Part shown: positions 53,745-64,000 of the stretch, piece by piece
How positions within the stretch are numbered: the first letter of the stretch is position 1
Layout of the letters: each line of letters begins with the position of its first letter
DNA from: Phoronis australis
Lineage: Eukaryota; Animalia; Phoronida
Assembly: GCA_002633005.1 (NCBI GenBank)
Contig: NMRA01000581.1
Span: 96,762-160,761 of the forward strand
DNA length: 64,000 nt
Reading direction: 5' to 3'
Translations under genes and position numbers: made by a program
Notes under the pieces: model-generated
What the model was told of the DNA's origin: nothing
Database searches by the model: none
The model's input: only the letters and a program-made list of their open reading frames with translations

Positions 53745-53998
53745 TTGGTTTTGAGACATACGCTGCTCATGATTGGGCGTCCGCGGATTCTGTACAACCC
53801 GTGCTTTCTAATCTTCATGAACTTTGCGGGACATTTATTAATTATTCCGCGGTCGGCAATGTCTTGGTAAGAGTCTTCTGTTTGTTTGATTTCTTCAGTC
53901 TTGTGTGCTCTCATTGCGGCGCTATCGTCGCTAACTTCGTCATTTCCGTAACTGCGCACGTGGGATGTACATAACGCCATCAGTGCACACAGCAAAAC
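53745..53998 (-). CDS. Main exon of an uncharacterised secreted prepropeptide (acidic pro-region plus cationic 2-Cys peptide)
   Basis: Acceptor ttcttccattcag|GTT and donor CCAA|gtaagt; only one frame is open. Encodes VLLCALMALCTSHVRSYGNDEVSDDSAAMRAHKTEEIKQTEDSYQDIADRGIINKCPAKFMKIRKHGLYRIRGRPIMSSVCLKT. Confidence 0.72.
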
Positions 53999-54741
53999 CT
54001 GAATGGAAGAATATACGATTGCAAACCTATACATATAATTGATCGAAAGTAGAAAATGCAAGTGCCAACGGGATTTCAGTTGCCTTTGACTGTGAAAACA
54101 GCATTTCTCCATCATATAATTCGCTGTTGATAGGACACTAAACCTTGGCACCAACCCTATTAGTACCTTGTATGGGGAAGTGCTCAGGTAAAACACCTAA
54201 TCACGTAACACATTGGATCCTGCGATTTAAAACGTAAAATTCTTCATAATATTCCTGGGTTAATTCGTTCATTACGTTAGTCACGCGGGTCTCGTTTACA
54301 GGTCTTATAAGGACTTATTTCAAACTTTTAAACGTTGACGTGCGATAGTGTTCGATGAACCCCCTGAAAATACTCCACCTCCGGTTGTCAAACTCCTTAA
54401 CCGTGGACCAAACTCCAAGCCCGAACCATGGGTGCGGATGAGGAAAGAGGCCCCTGAATGGAACTCGGTGAGACAAACGAAAACAATGCCATTTTAAAAA
54501 ATCTGTTTCAAATGAGCAAAAACAATTCTTTCAGAAATATGTACCTCTATTGCATCATAACTTACAGTGTTGCAGACAAGTAGCTTAGTATAAAGACTTG
54601 TCGATAATGTCCAACAAAACCGTAAACATTTTCAAAGATTGTCTTTGAACTGAACAATCACAAGGCAATCTACTGGAGATCTTACTCCCAGTATGCAATA
54701 AATTCAGCAAAAATAGACAAAACAAAAGCGAATGTCCTCAC

Positions 54742-54753
54742 CAATAATTCCAT
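54742..54753 (-). CDS. Inferred first coding exon (MELL) of the secreted peptide gene
   Basis: aacATG GAA TTA TTG|gtgagg: good Kozak context and a phase-0 donor that completes the signal peptide MELLVLLCALMALCTSHVRS. Confidence 0.55.
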
Positions 54754-55495
54754 GTTAAGTCGGGTCCTAACTTACACCTCAGTTAATCGATAAATAACAA
54801 AGAAAAGTCAGCATATGGCTGTTTAATGCCCAAAACAAGTAAAGGTCAAATGTACATGTACAATATAACGGTGTCACGAGTTGAGGCAATGACACGACTT
54901 CTTAATAACGCGGACAAACACGGTTCGCTGACACCACACGACAGATGTTCGTCAAAAATCGTGCTTCGTCAACTCATAATAAGATCGCGATCATTTGGGT
55001 CTACCTTTACATGTTATTCGTTTCAGCCAGGTCACCAACAGGACAGTATTTCCCTCCCAGACATCAGAGAGGTGTTCAATGGCAACGTTCCTGTTAGGAC
55101 TAGACTAACACTGGTCTTAGTTTAATAAGTTTTGTTTTACTGTTCTGAGTTACAAATTCAATGTCTTAATGAAGATGACCTCTTTGTGGTCTGTTTTGAA
55201 CCAGTTACTATCCTTACGCAAAATGCCAGCGTTGTCATTATTGAACTCACGCTTAGTCACTTTCCTGGATAGGCTACATAAAAACTTACATTTCAGGAAT
55301 ACATTACCTTTCTCACGAACTGCGTTTCTTTCCAATTGTGTATCGTCTCCAAACAGATGGAAGAGGGCAATTTGGCATACAGCATTTGTAAAATTTCGAA
55401 TAAAACTTGGTCTTCAAAGTTGTATTCGAGCCATTAAGGCGCAATAAACCCACGGATCTTGTGTCGAAAATCTACTTTTGATTTACGGCACTTAC

Positions 55496-55716
55496 TGTCA
55501 CAGAGTGGAATTCACATTGTTTTTTTCTGAGCCGGGTGAGTTCTGGGCTTGAGAACTGGCAGGACGTTGTTGCTGCTGACCACAAGGACTATTAATTTGC
55601 TTCGCAAGGCGATTTAACTCCGTCAGTCGCCAAGGCATAATGGCCGTCAGAGGAATTACAGGGTAGTTATGGTAACCAGGTTCGAAGTCAAGCAAATGAT
55701 AAGGACGTGGTGACGC
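55496..55716 (-). other. Exon-like segment, possibly a 5' UTR exon of the peptide gene
   Basis: Acceptor ttttctccacag|GCG and donor CA|gtaagt; one frame is open until a TGA 2 nt before the donor. Confidence 0.4.
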
Positions 55717-56289
55717 CTGTGGAGAAAACTGATAATGCTTAAAAGCGGCTTTAAATTAAAAACCAGCTTTGCGTGTTCGTCTTTTTCTTATTTGCGGTTG
55801 GGATAGTGTCTCTTATTAACCAACAACCTTCAAATTCGACAAGACTTCAATCTAAACGTAGGGCAATAGGCTTACCTATAGTGTGTCTACGAAGTAACTC
55901 AACAGTTGATGTATCACCCGACCCCTTCTTCTCCACAAGGTTGTTGAGGTGGAATTGAAATAATGTGAACTGATGTTCGTGTGTTAGTCTTCAAAATTCC
56001 TGAATAGCAAAAAGACACAAACAGAGACTATGTAGGGGTACTTCGGGGATCATTCTCTAGCCAGAGATGTCGTAATCAGCTGCCGCTCTTACTTTTTAAA
56101 TTAACACGTAATTAACACAATGGGGGCATCCGATAAACGGGGAGTGCTTCCTGTAATTGAAATGCCATATCCTTTCATGCTCTCTTGGAGGGCTCATCTC
56201 TTCTCGTTATATGAAATCGGACGTCACTTCATGTCAAATGTCCCCTCTTGGAATGTCCCTGGCAAGATGTTGAAATCAATTACATACTT

Positions 56290-56520
56290 GCTAACTCTCC
56301 CCTCCCCCAACCCAAACGATCGCCTGAGGCACCACTCCGAAAGTACACAGAGGTCCACGCACTTGATGCATACAACGAGCATCTATAAAGCTTTCAAGCA
56401 TATTGCGAAAGATGTCGCAGGTTGGATTCATCCACCCGCAAAGGAATCACAGACCGATACAGTCTGCAACCTGAACACCTGCAGGCTAGACCGGCTCAGT
56501 AACGAGCTAGTTTTGGTTAA
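56290..56520 (-). mobile_element. Possible 3' remnant of an RLE-type non-LTR retrotransposon
   Basis: Decayed reading ...PATSFAICLKAL...LSEWCLRRSF... resembles the VG.RG.P..SL...L..L....S...LR.S..IW tail of such elements. Weak. Confidence 0.3.
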
Positions 56521-59500
56521 CGCCTCTGCCACGGCGCCACCTACTTAGCAACATGGTCAATTGAAATGATGGGGATGAACGACACATGTAGTTCCGTGTG
56601 GACATGTCTCAGTTTTTACGTTTGTCGTATTCATATGAAACTAGGATGGGTTTAAAAAGTAAAGTAAATCGCTCTGTTGTTTTGTTCGGTGCCTTGTGTG
56701 TACCAAACCACGCGAGCGTTTGTGGAATGCATCGATTTTGTCTGCTCTTGGCTGCAGCAACCGCAAGCCGCAATGGGATTTCTCAATGGATGGACATCTT
56801 TGTTTGTTATTTTGCAACCAATTCCAATGTCCAAATGTTTGTTCGTTCTGTTAACCAATCGGAAGCCGCGTTACAAGTTCATTTCCTAGTGCTACCTCTC
56901 GTACCACTGGGAAAGAGTTTAACTAGATAAATAATTACAACCGGTGGGAGACGCTTTCAAAACCATGGATTATAATTTTTGAAATAAAACAAGTTTCACT
57001 GGACGTGTGTGTTTTTGTGTTTTCTAATCTAATGACAAGAACATATTCTTGGGAGGTATTGTACTTTTTAATCGCCGAATGACTATGCGAAAAATAAACA
57101 CTCTACTTGTAAATAACCATTGGCGTCCCACAACAAGCAATCAATTATTCTGTTTAATTTCCACAATATAAAGTTTTTGTGACTCCCTTATGAAATTTTC
57201 GATCTCTATGCATAGACTTAATTCGTTTGTTTCCGGAAATTATTGTCTTCCTTGTCCTGAAAATAGCTCCCTAAAATTGATCCCGATTGAAATACCTTAA
57301 CTTTGATTCAAGTTATTAGAATTCAGACATATCTGTGTGCGCGTCCACTCTGTATTCTGACGTCATGGATGAGTCCCGCCCCCGGAACCATCACGACTTG
57401 CGGATTGGTGCATGTGAACTGCCTTGTCAGTGGCCCACAGGCCGTGTTCTGAACGTTTTTGCACTCATTCTGAATAATTTCGCCTGGCCTTATCTTTAAG
57501 GGAGACATAAACCCACTCTCGACATCTCAAGAGTCACTTGCTTCCATCCTTTATGGAACTTTGAACAGTTGTTTGTTTGAACTTAGAACTATGAGAAAAA
57601 CACGATATCTTCGATTAACGATGTAACGCTAATTGCTCAAGGCGTAAGAAGAATAAGTATTTCAGAAATTAATCCCGGCAAATAAAGAACTCACAAGTCG
57701 TGTTAACAGCTGTATGCAGACAGATAAATCTGGTGAGACTACAGAGAAATATCAGATTTGGCTATTACTGCGAAGCACCATAGAAATGGCTGATCAGGTG
57801 CAAAGAAATATCCAGAGGCAGTGATTACTGCTCTTTCCTTAACACACTCGTAGGGTCGGTTTTAAAAACATTCCGCTGCTGAATGAGGCGGTATATGAAA
57901 CGGATACTTTGCAAGCGTAAAATGAAAAGGTATAATAATTTAGATAACTTAACATTTGTATTGAAAATGGTGGTCGTTTTATTGAATACCTATGAAGGAA
58001 CAATGCGTATCCGATTAAATCCACTAAAGCGACGTGGTCACGTGACCCAGTCATGACAGATTGGTATAAAATCACAAATCAAATTTTTCAGGCTTTTTAT
58101 TGTTTTTATTCTCCCAGTTCAACATAAGCAAGGACAAGGGTCTGGGATTCAGTTGCCTTATTTTACAATTCATTGAAAGAAAGTTTTCTAAGCTAGAAGT
58201 ATACTTGAACTTGGTGTTAGAGATACAATAAAAGCATACGAGACTGGTAAATGCCTCTGCCTAAGGGAGAGAGTATTTTGAAGTGATGATATATCCTTAC
58301 ATTGTTATTTAATTATGCATCTGTTTGTAAACTTTTCTATTTCCAAATTTCTTGAATAAATGTATTTTTCACTGGAGTAATATAGCTCAATGTCTTTTGT
58401 CAATATAATTAAATTTGGAGGTTTACCATTGAGACGTTGCTTATACAAATGGAACTTGCAAATTCACAAGATTAAATTTTGAATTGTTTGGCTTATACAC
58501 CTGTTTCCAAAGTAAACTGGATTCACATTGACAGTTTAAGTGAAGTAAAGTCTAAGGCTCACTCTTACAAAACGTACACAAAGGGGAGTTACTAATCCCA
58601 ATTTTATCAAGATAAGAGTTACAGTTGATTATCCCATGTGGCAGTCTAAATTGAAATCAACGAAGTTTTACATCAAGTGTAAAGTTCACAAAGTAGGTAT
58701 TTTTCCACCATTCAATAGTGTCTATTATAGCAAATTCTGCCTGCCACCTCATCTCAGACATACATGTAGGCGCATAATATTTGTTTAGCACAAAAGTGTT
58801 GTATATATGTTTTGTGGCCTTTTTGTCTGCAAGTAATAATTTCCCAAAAATTAGGATAAAGGGTGCATGGAAGAAAAAATTGCCTCTTTTTGAGACAAGT
58901 TTACTTTGCTCAGAAAACATAAATACAGCGACTGGCTAAATTCTATAGTCAGGTTGGCATTTGAGGAACTGCGCAGATATGCCGATATGGTTGTACATAA
59001 ACTTGTAACTTCAGTTGTTTGTAGTTTAAGACCAAGACGAGCACTATTCTTTGGCTAATGAACTTTCTTGTAAATAAAGCAAATTGAATGTTTCTAAATA
59101 AAGTGAAACGATCAAGGACGGAATAGCTCAAGAAATCTGCCTTGGAAATAAAATTATGATCGCGATTGTTCACATAACACCATATCCTAATTTCAAACTA
59201 AAAGCTGTTATTGCTGTTAAAGGGAGTATTTGGGAAAAAGTAGTCATGTAAAAGTGAATAATGTATATCACTAACATCCACTCTATGCCAGTGTTTTCAG
59301 ATATAAAAATAGAGAATAGTAACATTTTATACATATATATTATTGCTTAAGCATTCAAGGAGCTTAAGGATAGTTTTGACTGGACTTGTTTGAAAAGATG
59401 TGTTTCTGAGGTTTCGACTGTTTTCTGTCACGCCATTGTTGTAATCCTGTACCAAAATGAAATCTCAAGAGTGTTCTCCATCTAAAGTAAGAAGACTTGA

Positions 59501-60049
59501 CGCAATTATGACTTTGAAATTTTGCAGTCGCCGTTTAACGGTCTTTATCTCAGAGCTATCCTTGCCTACAACCAAATGCTTGAAGTCGGTGAAATACCGC
59601 TCACAATCGCAATGGAATTAAGAAGTAAAAGTCTTTGGCGTCACGTTGTGACGGCATCCATAGGCGAAGTTAAGTAGTCTTCTTGGCGGACTCTCACTCA
59701 ACATGAATTAAGAACTGATTTGTCTACACAACAGACTACAAACTATATCCACATTTACATTTCCTCCATCAGTCATTTTTAAAATATTGTTTACGGATAA
59801 CGCTATCCGTTGAGAATTCAATCAGCCCATCAAAAACGCCAGTGTAAAAAAAACGATTAAAGTTATATGATATCTGCTCTTCTACACCCCATCGGACACA
59901 CAGGGAACCAGTAAGAACATATCCTTCTACTCAGTGTTACAGACTGAATGCCGGTTGATTCTCCTGGCAGGAATCGCGGAAGTCGCCGACTGTGTCACAA
60001 CCGTTTACAACTTGCTCTGGAACGTCTCAAGGTGGGGAACGTGTTTAGC

Positions 60050-60617
60050 CAGTGGCGGATCTACGGGGGGGGGGNACAGAACACATGTTTATTTCCGGAC
60101 TAACAGTACAGGTCTTCGTTCTTAAACAACTTGAGGCTACTGTTACGCGATCATCTGATATTGAAGTTTTTACGCCCCGTCGGTGCTCCTTAATTATGCT
60201 CTTGAATATTTGGAAATTGTCTAAACCCCTGTATACACACCACACTTTTTAGTATACGACTTTTCGTATGCTAAAAAACGTGTGTGTAAGCAGATGTTCC
60301 AACAAAAAGTTTTGCTGGTGGCGTGACGCATACCCAGATGTGCACAATATGGTTTCACAATACTTATGAGCCAAGTTCATGTGACGAAATCGAGAAGGGT
60401 TTTTAATTAACTTAAGAAAAACTCCAGAGACATGTTAAGTGCCAGAAACTTACCAGGATGCATGGAAAGTTCACTATTTGGCTACAAAAACAAAAAATAT
60501 CTTACACGGGAGGGGAAACCCCCCTGCCGACCTCCCCCCGCTCGGCGCCACGCGCCTAGGATTTGACCTTGGCGGGAATCCTAAACCCCCCTTGCTGAAA
60601 ACGTAGATCCGCCACTG
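60050..60617. mobile_element. MITE with perfect 16-bp TIRs and 5-bp TSD
   Basis: ttagc|cagtggcggatctacg ... cgtagatccgccactg|ttagc; internal hairpin at about 60230-60290. Confidence 0.85.
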
Positions 60618-62670
60618 TTAGCTGAGTCGTCACTGTGATGTTAAAGCGTACCAGATAAGAACTTGGCTTCAAGTTCACTCAACGACTGGATATTTTATTA
60701 GTGAATATATTACTGAGTGAAAATAGCACCTTTTTGGTGCTCATGTCACAAACTGATTCTTAAACCATGTGCGGGCATATAGAAAATAGCTTTCTGTTCG
60801 GCAAAAACCAAGATGCATTTTCTTTTTTAATTGTGATACATAAACTCAGACAGTTGAATGTATTTTGACATGCAGTACAGCAAGCACCCTTAACAGACCT
60901 CGTCAAACATCAATGTAGAAGTTGGCAGCCATTGAAAATATCTATTCTTTGCTTTTCAAATTCTTGACATTTTGATTCGCGCCTACAAAATCCAAAATGG
61001 CTTTTGTATTGTGCGCCAATTGCCGTTTCCAAATTACGCAACTGATGGTGATGGATTTATTGAAGAACACGTGAATCCATTAAAACGCCTAATGATCGAC
61101 CTTTTATGGCCGCATAAGTGGATCGAACCAGTCACTTGTTTTGTTTATAACCAACGCTTCATCAGACGTCTGTCAGCCACTCACATTTTATAGTCATTCT
61201 CGTCAGACATAGTGTGACTCAAACTTTTTCTTAACCAATATATGAAAATCTTATAATTTCATATTCGTGAGTGGTGAATTTCATTGAAGCAACGAACATG
61301 TATGACATCCTGGCCTATTTAATTAAGTACATGTATGTCACAAAGGAGGCCAGCCACAATTTTCGAAGGAAATTGGTCTTACTTTCCCTAAAATTGACAT
61401 GCCAGCGGTGTTTTCCTTGGTCGTGTTCTAGGGAGGTGGGTCGACTATGTCATGATTAATTTTTCTGTCTTGAAACGAATCTACTTGAACTGCAGCAGTT
61501 TTGTATCCTCTGTCACCGTGACTTTTGTAATTGCAGGCAGACGCTGAGTGTCTCAAGGACCAGGGCAATTGAATTGAATTGAACGCTAATACGAGTAATG
61601 TGGAGGCAAAATCTCCTTGTTAAATGTTTCATTACACACCCAACAAATATTATTTATTAACTTAAGCTGGTTTTCTAACAAAATTCAGAAAAAAGTGTTG
61701 CACAGCAACCAGTGTAAGAGCTCTCCACAACACATTTCGAAGCTACATGTATACTTGATTAATGCTTGCCCATTTGTTATCTATCAGAAAACTTCTATCT
61801 GCAAATTGTGAATAAATACACACAGTAATTTACTGCATTTTCGTAAATTTCGCTGCATTCTGAATTTTTACGGAAGAAAGAAATTATATAATGCGGCACC
61901 AAAGGTCCAATTAACTTTAATTTTTTGGGGACAAATAAAACAACAAGAAAAATAAATATTTTAAGTTTTTAGAGGTATAAACTTGTCTAATTAGGAAAAC
62001 TTACGAGTGAATGTACTGTTGCTTGAGGCTGGGCAAACAGGAAGCTGGAGAGAAAGAACAAACAGTGCAACCATCGGACTTGGTAGGAACTAACCAGGGG
62101 TTGGATATGAAGCTTGAAAGACGTGAAATCGACATTCCAGGGCTTTAGTGCAATGCAAAATCATCAAAAAAGGCGAGAACAAGGATTCATTTACGAGTGA
62201 AGACCTTGGCATGAATGGAAAACATCAATTTAAATGTAAGGTAAGTCGTACTGCATTGTCCGGTTTATACGCCACGGTGCTATGCTAGTTCTCCAATCTG
62301 AAGCAGGCGATCTTCAATTTGACAATCTTTGGAAACATAAGATTGTGAATCATAATATCAACGAAATTTCTTTGTCCCTTAGCAGTGAAGACTAACAAAA
62401 CATTCATGAAACGGGTCCAAGGTCTTCAGAGATTACTTTCGTATAGAACGCTGCCCTGTCTGATTTTCGCATTGGGTGAATACAAAGTGAACAAAAGAAC
62501 AAAGGTGACACCGAGTGACTAAATTAAATTTTAACTTCTTGCCCAAAATATTTTCGATATTCTTACGCTGAAAGGGTGTATAACTGTTGTTCGCGTAATT
62601 AACAACTCTACATCGACAACAAGTCAAGATCAACATAGTAGTTTTGCGGGTTGCTGACAAATTATGGATC

Positions 62671-63701
62671 TCACGGAATCTGTGGACTAGAACATTCCTT
62701 TTGTTCAGAAATAACAATTACGCTTTCGCAATTTCGATTTCCGGTTCTTTTAGGTCTGCTGCCTCGCCAACATCCGGCAGAGTACATAAGCACAGAAACA
62801 AAAGTTGCAGACGCCATGGAAACAAAAAGAAAATATATAGTATGTTGGGCACTATGATTTTGAAGCAAATATCCAACAATTAACTGAGTGGATAACCCAC
62901 CCATGGCTAAAAAGACGTCAGCGAGTGAGGTCAGAACGCTGGTGACTTCAATATAATGGTTCGCAAAGGCTAGCGCTCCCGGAATTACGGGTCCGAAGAG
63001 AAAAGCAGTTGAAATAGAGAAGCCCCACAAATGATATACACTGTTTACCCCCATGTAACAAAAACAAGCGGAAAACACCGTTGCACCAAGAAGAAACGGT
63101 AGCAACAGAAACTGCACAGGAATACGAATAGTTGCGATGGACATGACAAGCTGGCCGCTGGCAAGTGCGAAAGACTGCGCGGAATCAAGCCACACTGCGG
63201 CTTGTTTCGTTAATTTCAAGTTGCTCTCGACTCCATACGTCAGCATGTAGGTCACGACGGTTTCGGCAGCACATTTGGTGCTAAAGATATACAGCAACAT
63301 ATTTGTGCACATGAAGCAGCCATAAATACAATTTCCTTCTGCGCACGACCCCGGATGTAAAAGATTTTTTAAAGAATTTGATTCTCTCCTTGCTTCACGG
63401 TGCTTCAACTTCTTTTTCACCGGTTTCTTGATTTGCACCAACATAGAACATAGCGAGACAAGCATCAATGTTCCTGCAATAATGGAATACGGTATTTCGA
63501 TACGCGAAGGTTTCCCGTATTCGGTGCTGTTGTTTGTGAAAACAGTATCGGTGCCGTTGTAGCTGCCATTGTTGATTGTCCCTAGAAATGGTGACGCAAT
63601 GAACGAGACGAGAACCAGGGAATAGGTTGAAATAGCGTACACGGCGTTCACAACTGTGCTGGCTCTAGTGATCCAGTCGTTTAGCAATACGTAGTTTCCC
63701 A
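62671..63701 (-). CDS. MFS transporter, MFSD4 / sodium-dependent glucose transporter 1-like, large terminal exon; 5' exons lie outside the window
   Basis: 343-aa open frame starting at the acceptor atttttcag|TG with multiple hydrophobic helices. GNYVLLNDW...FIASPFL, SRIEIPYSIIAG, TYMLTYGVE and LFGPVIPG match the MFSD4 pattern. Confidence 0.85.
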
Positions 63702-64000
63702 CTGAAAAATCAACGGGAACATTTAGTCAGATTAGTTAAACAGCAACAACAATAACAATAGGTCAACTACAACAACAAAATAACAATAACATGCATAGCC
63801 ATTATGTTTAGTGTTATCATCGTCACGGGCGGAAGTAGGCAATTATCTGCTCGGGTTGTGTGTCTGTCACCACGAAATCGTGTCTCGAGCTGAGAAGAAA
63901 TTCGGCCGACTACTTTGCAGTTATTTTAAATATTTTCAAGCACCTCACAATGTTAATTAGTTCAAACTTAAGCACAAAACTACAAACATCAGAGGGACGT

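Overview
Eukaryotic genomic DNA of about 40% GC with spliceosomal introns and many transposon relics, probably from an invertebrate bilaterian; the species cannot be identified from the sequence. Most ORFs in the supplied track are spurious. Four protein-coding loci are supported. (1) The last two exons of a PDIA3/ERp57-type protein disulfide isomerase (+, 1178-2297). (2) A complete alpha9/alpha10-like nicotinic acetylcholine receptor alpha subunit (-, 7951-26427), which can be assembled by hand into 530-aa or 515-aa proteins. It has two diverged, frame-incompatible copies of the exon for the N-terminal helix/beta1 strand, a perfect 15-bp long-range complementarity plus TGCATG motifs in the intron between them, and a GC-AG intron. 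(3) A small spliced gene (-, 52740-54753) for a 90-aa signal peptide + acidic propeptide + cationic two-cysteine peptide. (4) The last exon of an MFSD4-like MFS transporter (-, 62671-63701). The rest contains a decayed Ty3/gypsy pol fragment, an Academ-like DNA transposon, a HINE-like element, MITEs, satellites and a probable assembly duplication. The best candidates for something new are the nAChR mutually exclusive exon pair with its RNA-bridge/RBFOX-like layout, and the orphan cationic peptide precursor.
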